Source: an uncultured virus (IMG/VR IMGVR_UViG_3300009151_005798)
Lineage: Duplodnaviria > Heunggongvirae > Uroviricota > Caudoviricetes
IMG/VR virus record: IMGVR_UViG_3300009151_005798
Length of the DNA: 64,000 bases
Reading direction: 5' to 3' (one strand)
Part shown: piece after piece, positions 29,248 through 39,724 of the stretch
Layout of the letters: each line of letters opens with the position of its first letter
Position numbering within the stretch: position 1 is the first letter of the stretch
Translations under genes and position numbers: made by a program
The notes under the pieces: model-generated
Told to the model about the DNA's origin: nothing
Seen by the model: the letters and a program-made list of their open reading frames with translations, nothing else
Databases searched by the model: none

Positions 29248-29480
29248 TGTACCAAGAATTTAGCTGGCGCAATGCCAAACATGATTCAATGATAATTGAA
29301 ATCATGCACCACGGACATGTAGTAATGCATTTCTTCTTGGGAGAAGGAATGGAAGGTGCAGGGCGTAAGCGAGTAATGGCGCATGTAAGAGAATGCGACA
29401 GCAGTACATGGCTCACTGAGTGGCGTGAACATGCCGAAGAAGAAATGTTACAAAAGTTGAAAGATGATCATAGCCTATAA
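29244..29480 (+). CDS. Hypothetical protein
   Basis: ATGA overlap within the operon. Confidence 0.55.
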   Translation: MMYQEFSWRNAKHDSMIIEIMHHGHVVMHFFLGEGMEGAGRKRVMAHVRECDSSTWLTEWREHAEEEMLQKLKDDHSL

Positions 29481-29509
29481 ATGACAGACTTGGATTTAGG
29501 AGTTGAAGA

Positions 29510-29707
29510 ATGACAGTAGAAGATTTAGAATATATTTTTGAATATCAGATAGTAGACGGTACAGAAAAGTTGTACTTTATGCTGATAGACGGTGATCGCT
29601 TGCCTATGATTGAGCGGCATCCTGCCGATGATTTGAAGGGATTGTTACCTATGCTATCAAGTTTTGAATATGCAGGCAATGAAGTCATGCCGAGGTTTAA
29701 AAAATGA
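29510..29707 (+). CDS. Hypothetical protein
   Basis: AGGAG RBS. Confidence 0.55.
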   Translation: MTVEDLEYIFEYQIVDGTEKLYFMLIDGDRLPMIERHPADDLKGLLPMLSSFEYAGNEVMPRFKK

Positions 29708-30099
29708 CCGATGACGTTAAAAAACAAGAAGTAATGGATGCACTACATGAATCTGGTAAAAGTTTTGCCAAGGCGGCCAAAGAATATCAAGACATGTGCC
29801 AAACTTACTATTCAGGTCTAGAACCTGAGGAACAGTTGATGGCATTTTGTGCCATTGTTGAAAAGTTATGTCAAGGTGAATTAGATGAACGGCGTAGTTA
29901 CCGAGGTGTCTTGTATGGCACCTTTGGTTGGGGACCAGAAGCCTATGCCGCCGCACAAGGTGCTGGCTACTTGGGATTGCATAATGCTATCTATCGATTT
30001 GAAGACCTAGAGCATGTGATGACCAACACTCTCAAAGAACTTGAAATTGAAGTTGATTCAGAAAAGTTGCGCGATGCACTGGCCAAACACTTCTATTAA
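29704..30099 (+). CDS. Hypothetical protein
   Basis: ATGA overlap; SYRGVLYGTFGWGPEAY. Confidence 0.65.
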   Translation: MTDDVKKQEVMDALHESGKSFAKAAKEYQDMCQTYYSGLEPEEQLMAFCAIVEKLCQGELDERRSYRGVLYGTFGWGPEAYAAAQGAGYLGLHNAIYRFEDLEHVMTNTLKELEIEVDSEKLRDALAKHFY

Positions 30100-30116
30100 A
30101 GTAAAATACATACTAC

Positions 30117-32765
30117 ATGTTCATTGACGCATATCACGATAAGAAAAAAGAAATCATCCATGTTGTAGAACGAGTGGATGGCAAGAGGGTGCTCAAAGAG
30201 TATCCAGCAAAGTATGTCTTGTACTATCCTGACAACAAAGGCAAGTTCACTGACATTGCTGGCAACAGAGTCAGCCGAGTGCTTTTGAGCAATGCCACAG
30301 CATTTGACAAAGAACGGCGTATTCACAGCAACAAAAAGTTATGTGAAAGCGACTATAGACCGTTGAATCGATGTCTAGAAGAAATCTATGGCGGTCAAGA
30401 AGCACCTAAACTTCATGTTGCATTTTTTGACATTGAGGTTGCATACGATAAGGTCAAGGGCTTTGCTGATCCCAGTGATCCTTTTAATACCATTACAGCA
30501 ATCACAGTACACCTGGGGTGGCTAGACAGGACTGTTACACTGGTTCTCAAGCCAGATGCAATGCCACAGCCACAGGCTGAGGACATTGTTAAACGATTTG
30601 ATGATACAATCTTGTGTTCCAATGAAAAAGAAATGTTGGAAATGTTTCTTGACTTGATTGATGATGCAGATGTAATGAGTGGCTGGAACAGTGAAGGATT
30701 TGATATCCCATACACTACAAATCGTATCAGCCGTGTACTGAGCAAAGAACAAACACGCAAGTTTTGCTTGTGGGATCAGTTTCCTAAAAAGCGAGAGTTT
30801 GAAAAGTATGGCAGAACATTGGAAACTTACGATCCAATTGGTCGAGTTCACCTGGACTATCTTGAACTGTATCGCAAGTACAACTATCACGAGATGCATA
30901 CCTATCGCTTGGATGCCATTGGTGAGTACGAGATTGGTGAAAAGAAAATACCATATGAAGGCTCATTGGATCAGTTGTACAATAATGATTTTGAAAAGTT
31001 TATTGCCTACAACAGACAAGACGTCATCTTGCTTAAAAAATTAGATGCCAAGTTGCAATTTATTGAACTTACTAATCTTATTAGTCATGCCAATACCGTT
31101 GGACTTCGTGCAACATTGGGTGCGGTGGCAGTTACAGACCAAGCAGTCATCAATGAGGCACATGGTCTAGGTATGGTGGTTCCAGATCGTCCACGGCGCA
31201 GTGAAGATGCCAAGGACAATGCCGCGGCAGGTGCGTATGTTGCTGTGCCCAAAGCAGGCATGCATGAGTGGATCGGAAGTATGGACATTAACAGTCTGTA
31301 TCCATCTCTAATTCGTGCGCTGAACATGAGCCCAGAAACCATTGTTGGTCAAGTTAGACAGACACGCACACTGGCCGGTATTGATGACAGCATTGCTTCT
31401 GGTCGGGGTATTGCAGACTTTTGGGATGGCAAGTTTGCTTGCTACGAGTATGAAAGTGTAATGGCCAGGGACATTGGACAAACTGAAACAGTTGATTGGG
31501 CTGATGGAACCAGTACACAAATGAGTTCTGCACAAGTGTACGATTATGTATTCCTTAGTGGACAACCTTTGATTATCAGTGGCAACGGTACAATCTTTAA
31601 CTATACCAACAAAGGTATCATACCTGGACTGCTAGAGCGTTGGTACGCCGAGCGTAAAGAATTACAAAAGAAACTCAAAGAAGCAACGACTCCTGAAGAG
31701 GTTGAGTTTTGGGACAAACGGCAGTTGGTTAAGAAAATTAACTTGAACTCTGCGTATGGTGCGTTGTTGAATGCAGGTTCGAGGTTCTTTGATCAACGAC
31801 TAGGACAAAGTACTACCTTATGCGGTCGGCTTGTTGCCAGACACATGGCAGGAAGTGTCAACGACAGCCTAACTGGAGAGCATGATCACACAGGTAAAGC
31901 AATTATCTATGGTGACACTGACTCTGTTTACTTCAGTGCATATCCCATCTTCAAAGAACAAATTGAGAATGGTCAATTTGAATGGACCAAAGAAAAGATC
32001 ATTGAACTGTATGATGCAATAAGCGAACAGGTAAATGATACCTTTCCGGCATTTATGAATACCGCATTTAATTGTCCACAAGCCCAGGGTGAGATTATCA
32101 AAGCAGGTCGAGAACTGGTTGCCAGCAAAGGCATCTACATGACCAAGAAGCGTTATGCTGTTCTTATCTTTGACAAGGAAGGCAAGCGCAAAGATACAAA
32201 TGGATCACTGGGCGAACTGAAAGCCATGGGTCTGGACATGAAGCGAGCAGACACTCCAGAGTTCATGCAACGGTTCTTGGAAGAAGCATTGACTATGACC
32301 CTGGAAGGTAAAACTGAATATGAGGTCATGGCCCGTGTCAAACAGTTCCGTGAGGAGTTCAAGAGCAGACCTGGTTGGGAAAAGGGCACCCCCAAGCGTG
32401 TGAACAATCTAACTAAACATACTGCTGTTTACGAAAAGACTGGCAAGTGCGGAGTTGGTCATGCCATGGCGGCCATCAACTGGAATCGATTCAAGCAGGC
32501 GCACAGTGACAACCGAAGTATGGAAATAACGGATGGTCAAAAAGCCATTGTTTGTAAACTGAGATCCAACAACTACAACATAACATCTATTGCTTATCCA
32601 ATTGACGAATTGAATCTTCCAGATTGGTTTAAGCTATTACCATTTGATCATACTGCAATGGAAGAAACCATCATTGACAGTAAGATTGAAAACTTGCTAG
32701 GTGTATTACATTGGGACTTGAACCAAAGTAAGGACCGAGGCTTTATCGATGACTTGTTTTCTTAA
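30117..32765 (+). CDS. Family B DNA polymerase
   Basis: Exonuclease motifs FFDIEV, GWNSEGFDIPY, YNRQD; polymerase motifs DINSLYPS, KKINLNSAYG, YGDTDS. Confidence 0.97.
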   Translation: MFIDAYHDKKKEIIHVVERVDGKRVLKEYPAKYVLYYPDNKGKFTDIAGNRVSRVLLSNATAFDKERRIHSNKKLCESDYRPLNRCLEEIYGGQEAPKLHVAFFDIEVAYDKVKGFADPSDPFNTITAITVHLGWLDRTVTLVLKPDAMPQPQAEDIVKRFDDTILCSNEKEMLEMFLDLIDDADVMSGWNSEGFDIPYTTNRISRVLSKEQTRKFCLWDQFPKKREFEKYGRTLETYDPIGRVHLDYLELYRKYNYHEMHTYRLDAIGEYEIGEKKIPYEGSLDQLYNNDFEKFIAYNRQDVILLKKLDAKLQFIELTNLISHANTVGLRATLGAVAVTDQAVINEAHGLGMVVPDRPRRSEDAKDNAAAGAYVAVPKAGMHEWIGSMDINSLYPSLIRALNMSPETIVGQVRQTRTLAGIDDSIASGRGIADFWDGKFACYEYESVMARDIGQTETVDWADGTSTQMSSAQVYDYVFLSGQPLIISGNGTIFNYTNKGIIPGLLERWYAERKELQKKLKEATTPEEVEFWDKRQLVKKINLNSAYGALLNAGSRFFDQRLGQSTTLCGRLVARHMAGSVNDSLTGEHDHTGKAIIYGDTDSVYFSAYPIFKEQIENGQFEWTKEKIIELYDAISEQVNDTFPAFMNTAFNCPQAQGEIIKAGRELVASKGIYMTKKRYAVLIFDKEGKRKDTNGSLGELKAMGLDMKRADTPEFMQRFLEEALTMTLEGKTEYEVMARVKQFREEFKSRPGWEKGTPKRVNNLTKHTAVYEKTGKCGVGHAMAAINWNRFKQAHSDNRSMEITDGQKAIVCKLRSNNYNITSIAYPIDELNLPDWFKLLPFDHTAMEETIIDSKIENLLGVLHWDLNQSKDRGFIDDLFS

Positions 32766-32781
32766 AACGGAGAACAAGCAG

Positions 32782-32810
32782 TTGACTTTAGATCTAAATC
32801 TAACTACAAT
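32782..32810 (+). promoter_or_regulatory. sigma70-type promoter
   Basis: TTGACT-17 nt-TACAAT. Confidence 0.65.
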
Positions 32811-32830
32811 AGTAACATTAACGGAGAAAC

Positions 32831-33568
32831 ATGACAATGCTAAAAGACATTACGCTTGATGTAGCAAAAAACATCGCAGGACTAGGAATCTTTGAAGAGA
32901 TCCTGGTTGAACAAGAACCAAACAGTACAAAATTTACTGCGTATCCGGAAGATTCATTGCTGACTGTACTTGCCAACAGCAAGGACAAGGTCACAGAGTT
33001 TCCTGAGGCATGCGGCATGCTTAACTTGGGCTTCTTTGTTGGCTTGACAAACTTATACAAAGATCCAGATGTTACAAAAAAGTGTAATGTCACAGTTGGA
33101 TCAAACAACAAAGGTGATGTTGATCGTTTGGCATTCAACAATGCAGACGGCAACAATGACGAATATCGTTTGACGCCAACTAACCTGATGAAGACCAAGA
33201 GTCGTAGTTTTAACGGCACAACTTGGGAAGTAGTTGTTAGTCCACAAGCAAATAAAATCAGTGAGCTGAGCCAGCGCGGTACATTGTATGCCACCATTGA
33301 CCCAAATTTAACTGCAAGCACAGAGAATGGCAAGTTGGTTTTTAGCTTTGGTGGAAGTGCTGGTGGTGGTCATGCAGGTAAGTTTGTATTTGCTGACACT
33401 ACACAAACCTTGAAGCGTCCAGTATCCTTGTCAATTCAGGCTTTGTTAACTGCATTTAAAATGTGTAGCCAAGGCACACCGGTGTTGAGCATCAGTGAGC
33501 GAGCTACCAAGGTTGAATTTAACAGTGGCTTAATTGCTTACGAATACATTACTCCAACACAGAAGTAA
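32831..33568 (+). CDS. Putative DNA polymerase sliding clamp (gp45-like)
   Basis: 245 aa, directly after the polymerase; alternating alpha/beta pattern; C-terminal SGLIAYEYI. Confidence 0.55.
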   Translation: MTMLKDITLDVAKNIAGLGIFEEILVEQEPNSTKFTAYPEDSLLTVLANSKDKVTEFPEACGMLNLGFFVGLTNLYKDPDVTKKCNVTVGSNNKGDVDRLAFNNADGNNDEYRLTPTNLMKTKSRSFNGTTWEVVVSPQANKISELSQRGTLYATIDPNLTASTENGKLVFSFGGSAGGGHAGKFVFADTTQTLKRPVSLSIQALLTAFKMCSQGTPVLSISERATKVEFNSGLIAYEYITPTQK

Positions 33569-33572
33569 GAAT

Positions 33573-35132
33573 ATGCCAAGTAAAAAAAGTAAAGTTGACT
33601 TGTGGGCTAAGAATGAAGACTATGCAGTTTTCTTGCCTAGTATCTCATCTTTTTACAATACCATTATTAGTAAAGAACGAAACGAGCCCGGCGTTAGTGT
33701 AAAAGCTGACCGTGTTCCAAAAGAATTTGAAAATGGTATTGAGGGTATGAACTTCCTTAACAAGGAACAAGCATACTTTTACTATCCTTATGCACTATAT
33801 TCTGCGGGCCATGCACAGCTGGATCTCAAGAAGACTGACAAAGAAGAAGCAATGGTTCAACAACGAGATCGCAAGAATACTTTTATTCTAGGCGACTCTG
33901 GTGGATTCCAAATTGCAAAAGGTGTCATCAAGTTTGACTGGGAAAACTTTATGGAGAAGCCAGGTGATGCTGGCTACAAAGGTTCTGCAGACAAGACTCG
34001 CGGCGCAATTTTAAATTGGTTAGAGCATACTGCTGACTATTCGATGGTATTGGATATTCCAACCTGGGCGGCACGACCACCACTGAACGAACGCACTGGT
34101 CTAAAGTCATTCCAACAATGTTTGGATGGCACACTTTACAACAATGCATGGTTCTTGGCCAATCGACAAAACAAAACAAAGTTTCTAAATGTGTTACAGG
34201 GTAGTAACAATGAAGAAGCAGACATTTGGTACGACAATGTTAAACACTTCCCATTTGAAGGTTGGGCAATGGGTGGTAACAACATGCAAGACGCACACTT
34301 GGTTCTCCGTAGACTAATTCAAATGCGTGACGAAGGTATGTTGGCGCCAGGTAAGGATGTCATTCACTTCTTGGGCACAAGTCGTTTAGAATGGACAATT
34401 TTCTTAACTGCAATTCAGCGAGCATTGCGAGAACATGTCAATCCAAACATGCTAGTAACATATGATTGTGCAAGTCCATTTGTTTCTGTGGCATACGGAC
34501 TAAGCTATACACAACATGTGCATAGCAATGATCGCTTTACCTATGTGATGGAAAAGGCTGTGGATAACCGAGACCTAAGTGGATCTAAAATTCCATGGCC
34601 TTGGAACAGTCCAATCGGTGAACGCTTGACCATGGGCGATGTGTGCTATTACAAACCAGGTCAAGAAAATAAAAATGGTAAGGTTTCAAGAACAAGTTGG
34701 GACACATTCAGTTATAGTCTTATTATGGGCCATAATGTTTACCAACACATTGAAAGTGTACAGCGAGCCAACACACTTGCTGACATTGCACACAAGTTGA
34801 ATCGTCCAGACCCAGCCGAATGGCGCAAAGGTCGGCAAAGAAGTCAGGAAGGACAGGTTGACTTATGGGTACCTCGTAATGTATTATACATAATGGAACT
34901 AGTAGATCAAGTGTTTAGAGTTGAGAACCCATATGAATTGTTAGAACAAAGTTCTGCATTGCTAAGTGAGTTCTCTGGACGCAAGACTCGTAAGAGTGGT
35001 GCAGAAGCTGTGCATGATATTTTTACCACTGGTGATGGTACCAGTGCAAATGAAATGGCAGAAGGTGGAGAGTTTGATGATATGAACGATCCTAAACTAA
35101 CTGAACTTGAACAATCGCTTAAGGATGAATGA
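33573..35132 (+). CDS. dpdA: TGT-family guanine transglycosylase, probably DNA-targeting (DpdA-like)
   Basis: LGDSGGFQI, MVLDIP, NVLQG, GWAMGG, IHFLG, TYDCASP; no C-terminal CxCxxC zinc motif of tRNA TGT; adjacent to replication genes. Confidence 0.75.
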   Translation: MPSKKSKVDLWAKNEDYAVFLPSISSFYNTIISKERNEPGVSVKADRVPKEFENGIEGMNFLNKEQAYFYYPYALYSAGHAQLDLKKTDKEEAMVQQRDRKNTFILGDSGGFQIAKGVIKFDWENFMEKPGDAGYKGSADKTRGAILNWLEHTADYSMVLDIPTWAARPPLNERTGLKSFQQCLDGTLYNNAWFLANRQNKTKFLNVLQGSNNEEADIWYDNVKHFPFEGWAMGGNNMQDAHLVLRRLIQMRDEGMLAPGKDVIHFLGTSRLEWTIFLTAIQRALREHVNPNMLVTYDCASPFVSVAYGLSYTQHVHSNDRFTYVMEKAVDNRDLSGSKIPWPWNSPIGERLTMGDVCYYKPGQENKNGKVSRTSWDTFSYSLIMGHNVYQHIESVQRANTLADIAHKLNRPDPAEWRKGRQRSQEGQVDLWVPRNVLYIMELVDQVFRVENPYELLEQSSALLSEFSGRKTRKSGAEAVHDIFTTGDGTSANEMAEGGEFDDMNDPKLTELEQSLKDE

Positions 35133-35650
35133 TGTCTATTGATCGCGTTGCACCGGACTTCTTTACTGGCATTGAAGTTGAACACAGCCCTGCACTTGGA
35201 ATGAATACACTATTTGTAGTTGGTATCCATCCTGGTGAGGAAATTGTAAAACTTGCCAAAGAGAAAAAGATTGGTCACATTTACATTGGTGCTAATATGA
35301 GTCTGCACCATGTGGAAAATGACAATCACGATGTTTGGCGATCAATTGACGACATGATCAATAAGGTGCTTGAAGATCAGAGTATTCACTATGTCACAGT
35401 TGATATACAGCTAAGTCAAGTTGAGGGATTTTTAGAAAGTATGGCCAGTGACGAACATCGCGTCATTCCAATGATTTCGGCCAAACTACCATACACTAGA
35501 TTGCTTAACTACAATACAACCGTTAAAATCGACGATAAAGGTTTTAACAAAACGAATCCTGGGGTGTGGTGCGTTCCTTTAAGTGACTTAACTGATAGGA
35601 AGTATTTTACTCCGTGGATAGCCTACCAAGGCGATAGCCCTGTTAATTAA
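35129..35650 (+). CDS. Hypothetical protein coupled to the transglycosylase
   Basis: ATGA overlap; FTGIEVEHSP..G..TLFVVG, HIYIGAN, KIDDKGF..TNPGVWC. Confidence 0.7.
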   Translation: MMSIDRVAPDFFTGIEVEHSPALGMNTLFVVGIHPGEEIVKLAKEKKIGHIYIGANMSLHHVENDNHDVWRSIDDMINKVLEDQSIHYVTVDIQLSQVEGFLESMASDEHRVIPMISAKLPYTRLLNYNTTVKIDDKGFNKTNPGVWCVPLSDLTDRKYFTPWIAYQGDSPVN

Positions 35651-35666
35651 ATTTAAGGAAAATGAA

Positions 35667-35888
35667 ATGAACGACGAAGTCAAGGTTGGTAATTTTACTA
35701 AACCAATTAAGCGACCAGTTCCAAAAACTGCTGGCGCACCTGTTAGAGAAGAAGCACCTGAGACAGCTGTAGGTGGAGATGCTGGGATTGCTGATCTTAA
35801 CAAAAAAATGGACAAGCTTTTAGAATTTGCTCAGGCAATTGACTGGAAGTTGTGGGTCTACTTAAAAGCAAATAATTACATCGAGTAA
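35667..35888 (+). CDS. Hypothetical protein
   Basis: AAGGA RBS; AIDWKLW. Confidence 0.6.
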   Translation: MNDEVKVGNFTKPIKRPVPKTAGAPVREEAPETAVGGDAGIADLNKKMDKLLEFAQAIDWKLWVYLKANNYIE

Positions 35889-35897
35889 AGGAATAAC

Positions 35898-36269
35898 ATG
35901 TCACAAGACATGATTTGGGTTACCTTTCGTAAGGAAGGCATTCATAGGTATCCGGCTGCACTTACGGATGCTAAATTGGCAACAGGTGACGAGTATGATG
36001 TTTCTTTTTTAGGACATCCTCATCGACACATGTTCCACTTTAAAGTGTATCTCGAAGTCTTCCATGACGATAGAGATGTGGAGTTTATTCAGTTCAAGCG
36101 TTGGTTGGAGAATTTATATAACCAAGGAACACTTGAGTTGAATCACAAGTCCTGCGAAATGATGGCAGATGACCTACATGGTCAAATCTCATCAAAGTAC
36201 ACAGATCGTAAAATTTGGATTGAAATTTCGGAGGATGGCGAAAATGGATGCCTCAAACAATACTCTTGA
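35898..36269 (+). CDS. T-fold QueD paralog with LxxxHRHxF motif (DpdL-like CDG decarboxylase candidate)
   Basis: EGIH, LGHPHRHMF, SCEMMA, ISEDGENG; lacks the CxxxHGH motif of canonical QueD. Confidence 0.7.
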   Translation: MSQDMIWVTFRKEGIHRYPAALTDAKLATGDEYDVSFLGHPHRHMFHFKVYLEVFHDDRDVEFIQFKRWLENLYNQGTLELNHKSCEMMADDLHGQISSKYTDRKIWIEISEDGENGCLKQYS

Positions 36270-36705
36270 CAATCGCGTTCGTTTTGAACGCAAAGATCGC
36301 GGAAACTATAATCCGCAGTACCAGGCTCGCCGAGCTGGACTTAACATCAACCACATCAAGTTTGACTTGCTAAAAATTAGCGAGTTATATGACGGTGTGT
36401 TGACAGCAGAGCTAGGGCACTTGCCACTAGCGTTCTACAATCAGTATCTTACTGATCTGTGCCATGCTGGTATGATCTATGGTTATGCCATTGACTTGCC
36501 AGAAATGCGTAGGCATGAGCCAACAGGTGATCGCAGTTTCACCTACACTATCAATGTGCAAAGTGCAGTTGATCGTGCAAACAAGGCACTTAAAATCCAT
36601 GTGGGATTTTATAAGAGTGCATGGGCAGGTGAAACTGTGCATACCGAAGATGGTATGTGCTGTATGCCTAATCGCTTGGATCGCGATGAGGTAGTAAATG
36701 CGTAA
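36244..36705 (+). CDS. Hypothetical protein
   Basis: GGAGG RBS at 36230; fills the gap before the glycosyltransferase. Confidence 0.55.
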   Translation: MDASNNTLDNRVRFERKDRGNYNPQYQARRAGLNINHIKFDLLKISELYDGVLTAELGHLPLAFYNQYLTDLCHAGMIYGYAIDLPEMRRHEPTGDRSFTYTINVQSAVDRANKALKIHVGFYKSAWAGETVHTEDGMCCMPNRLDRDEVVNA

Positions 36706-37876
36706 GCTCTTTTATATGGGCTTGGAGCCCTATGAAGGAAGATACACCCTTCAACTCCAGCAATGGAATGAAGCGGTGTTCAAACGCCGGGGCATTGACT
36801 ATGTGTTAGTACCCGGCAGTACCATTGACAATACCAAAGCAATCAGTGTTGGTCAAGTGTTAGACGCACATGGTCGCAGTTACTTTGGTATGAGCCAGAT
36901 GATGAATCTGGTGCAGATGATGCGCCGTGGTGATGTCACCAGTGAAGATGTCATCTACTTTGAAGACATGTTTCAACCCGGCATTGAAAGCTTGCCTTAC
37001 ATTCTAGATCAAGTGCCTGCCAACTTGCGACCACGCATATATGTTCGTTGTCTGGCCCAGGCCATTGACCCAGATGACTTTGTGCATGTATGGGGTATGA
37101 GCAAATGGATGAGTACATATGAACAAATGGTCAATTGTTTTGTCACAGGTGTACTTGCTACAAATGAAGAGATGGTTGCCCATATGCGTATTGCTAATTG
37201 GACTGCTCCTATCTATAACATTAGCGGTCTAGCATATGGCAAAGAAGAAGTTCTTGGCCGAGTTAATAATAAAGTTAAGTCCTGGTCTGAAAGAGCTCAT
37301 CGTGTTGTATTTGCCGCAAGGTTTGACCAAGAGAAGCAACCAGACTTCTTTATGGATCTCATTGAGAAGTGGCATGCCGAACAACCTGACAATCCAGTTG
37401 AGTTTGCTGTATTAAGTGGTGGACCATTGCGTAGTAACAATCCCAAATACTTAGAGCGTGCCTATAAAATGGCGGCACAGGGAAAACTCAAGATTTATGA
37501 GGACCTTAATAAAAATGAGTACTATAATATTGTCAACGATAGTCGTGTGCTGTTTAATTGTGCTTTACAAGACTGGGTTTCAAACACCGTCAGCGAGGCC
37601 GACACTCTTGGCTGTAATGTTTTGTATCCTGCTTATCGTAGTTTTCCAGAAACATTCGCCAATGATCATACCAGACTATATGTTCCTTGGTCGTTAGATG
37701 ATGCCATACAAAAACTTCGAGTTCAGTTATCTGGTGTTCATGTCAATCAAGGCAAGATTAGTGATTGGAACAATGGCACTATCGACCGTGTGCTAGATAT
37801 CATGCAAGGCACAGGTGAACAATGGAATCGGGCCGGTAACAGATATCGTGACCATATTGCAGAGGCAAAGTACTAA
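36698..37876 (+). CDS. GT-B fold glycosyltransferase
   Basis: VVFAARFDQEKQP, LQDWVSNTVSEA..LGC..LYP..RSFPE. Confidence 0.75.
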   Translation: MRKLFYMGLEPYEGRYTLQLQQWNEAVFKRRGIDYVLVPGSTIDNTKAISVGQVLDAHGRSYFGMSQMMNLVQMMRRGDVTSEDVIYFEDMFQPGIESLPYILDQVPANLRPRIYVRCLAQAIDPDDFVHVWGMSKWMSTYEQMVNCFVTGVLATNEEMVAHMRIANWTAPIYNISGLAYGKEEVLGRVNNKVKSWSERAHRVVFAARFDQEKQPDFFMDLIEKWHAEQPDNPVEFAVLSGGPLRSNNPKYLERAYKMAAQGKLKIYEDLNKNEYYNIVNDSRVLFNCALQDWVSNTVSEADTLGCNVLYPAYRSFPETFANDHTRLYVPWSLDDAIQKLRVQLSGVHVNQGKISDWNNGTIDRVLDIMQGTGEQWNRAGNRYRDHIAEAKY

Positions 37877-38865
37877 TGGAAAAATGGGTAGCTATAACAG
37901 GGTGTAATGGTTACATTGGTGGGCAGACTGTTTTAAAATTCAAAGATGCTGGTTACAATGTCATTGGTGTAGACCGCAACAATACTGCTCCTTGGATTAC
38001 AGAAAGAGTCGATCGTTATATCAACGGTGACTTTAACAATCCAATGTTTACCAGTTTGATTATACAAAACAATCCTGTTGCATTGATACACATTGCCGGA
38101 ACCAGTCTAGTGGGACCAAGCATACAAGATCCAGCACCCTATTATTTAAATAATGTTGGTAATACTGCCAACATGTTGGGAATGTTGGCTCGCAATGGCT
38201 GGAACAAGACTGTGGTCTTCTCAGGTAGTGCCGCCATCTATGGAAACCCCGGAGCCCATTCTATCACAGAAGAAACTCCTCGACTTCCAATCAGTCCATA
38301 TGGACACAGTAAACTTATGGCAGAGCAGGTATTAAGAGATTGTGCATTTGGATATGGATTCAAAACTATATCGTTGCGATACTTCAATGCTTGTGGTGCA
38401 GACAACATGGTCAGGCATGGTCAATTGAAAAAGGCAACGCACCTAATTGCTAAAATTATGGAAAGTATTGTCAACCAAGATGTGTTTACTTTAAACGGCA
38501 CAAACTATTCTACTCCCGACGGTACTTGCATTAGAGACTATTTGCATGTTGAAGATATTGCCAATGCTCATTACCTGTCAACCATGTATGCAGAAACCAT
38601 GGAAGTACCCAGTGTTGAGTTTAATCTAGGAACTGGTAAAGGTGTTAGCATTAGAGAAATTATTTCCAGTGTTGAACGCATTACTGGAAAAACTGTTTTG
38701 GTACATACTGGCGGTGCAAGAGCCGGCGATCCTGAAGTACTGGTTGCAAGTTCTAACAAAATTAAAATGCAAATGGGATGGGTACCAGAGAACAGCAAGA
38801 TTGATAATATTGTGCGTAGTGCATGGGATTGGTACAACTCAGTAGAATTTAAGAGTCGAGCATGA
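37876..38865 (+). CDS. galE: UDP-glucose 4-epimerase
   Basis: TGCNGYIG, PYGHSK (YxxxK), LRYFNACGA, TPDGTCIRDYLHVEDIA. Confidence 0.9.
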   Translation: MEKWVAITGCNGYIGGQTVLKFKDAGYNVIGVDRNNTAPWITERVDRYINGDFNNPMFTSLIIQNNPVALIHIAGTSLVGPSIQDPAPYYLNNVGNTANMLGMLARNGWNKTVVFSGSAAIYGNPGAHSITEETPRLPISPYGHSKLMAEQVLRDCAFGYGFKTISLRYFNACGADNMVRHGQLKKATHLIAKIMESIVNQDVFTLNGTNYSTPDGTCIRDYLHVEDIANAHYLSTMYAETMEVPSVEFNLGTGKGVSIREIISSVERITGKTVLVHTGGARAGDPEVLVASSNKIKMQMGWVPENSKIDNIVRSAWDWYNSVEFKSRA

Positions 38866-39290
38866 AAGTAGGTTTCACTTGTTCAACCTTTGATTTGCTA
38901 CATGCTGGCCATGTTTCCATGTTACAAGAAGCAAAGACCAAATGCGACTACTTAATTTGTGGATTGCAAAATGATCCAACGCTGGATCGTGTCACAAAGA
39001 ATAAACCTGTACAGACCATTGTAGAACGACAGATGCAACTCAAAGGCAGTCGTTATGTTGACGAAGTGTGGGTCTACAACACAGAAAAAGATCTAGAAGA
39101 TCTACTATTAACATTACCTATTAATGTGCGTATACTAGGAGTTGAATATGAAAACAAAGAATTCACTGGTAGAGAAATTTGTCACAAGCGTAATATTGAT
39201 CTATATTTTAATGGTCGTGATCACAGTTTTAGTTCAAGCAGTTTAAGAAAACGAGTGTACGAGGCACAGATACAAAAGGAACAACAATGA
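38862..39290 (+). CDS. Glycerol-3-phosphate cytidylyltransferase-like protein
   Basis: STFDLLHAGH, KNKP.Q...ER, RDHSFSSS.LR. Confidence 0.85.
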   Translation: MKVGFTCSTFDLLHAGHVSMLQEAKTKCDYLICGLQNDPTLDRVTKNKPVQTIVERQMQLKGSRYVDEVWVYNTEKDLEDLLLTLPINVRILGVEYENKEFTGREICHKRNIDLYFNGRDHSFSSSSLRKRVYEAQIQKEQQ

Positions 39291-39724
39291 AAATCAATGA
39301 ATTAGAGAATGGCATCACAGATGCTTGGTTTAAACAAGGTGGCTTTGAAACATTCAAAAAACCAATTCCGGTGCCGTATACCATTGCCAATAGTGACGGA
39401 GTCACACAAACATTGGAAGGTCCAGTAGAGCACAAGGCAGGACATTACATCATGGGTCCGGGTCCTAAGAAAGAATTTTGGCCGTTGGAACCTGAAAATT
39501 TTCATGATAAGTACGATGACAATGGTGACGGTACAGGAACTCCCAAGGGCGGTGTAACTAAATTGGCCAAGTTAGCAGATCACAATGGTGTCATCAAAGC
39601 CACATGGGGTGACTTGAACTATACCACAGGCAATGACTATATTGTACGGCATGGTCCAAACGACTACGGTGTGGTAAAGAAAGATATCTTTGCTCAAACT
39701 TACGATACATCACAGGAAAAATAA
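39287..39724 (+). CDS. PGDYG-like protein with two internal repeats
   Basis: QTLEGPVEHKAGHYIM...F..KYD and ATWGDLNYTTGNDYIV...DYGVV..DIFAQTYD. Confidence 0.6.
   Translation: MKINELENGITDAWFKQGGFETFKKPIPVPYTIANSDGVTQTLEGPVEHKAGHYIMGPGPKKEFWPLEPENFHDKYDDNGDGTGTPKGGVTKLAKLADHNGVIKATWGDLNYTTGNDYIVRHGPNDYGVVKKDIFAQTYDTSQEK

Noticed and set aside
30117..32765. Intein or intron in the DNA polymerase
   Set aside because: An 882-aa continuous ORF with normally spaced motifs and no intein termini
35898..36269. Calling the T-fold gene canonical queD
   Set aside because: It lacks the CxxxHGH and TAEN motifs and has LxxxHRHxF and SCE instead
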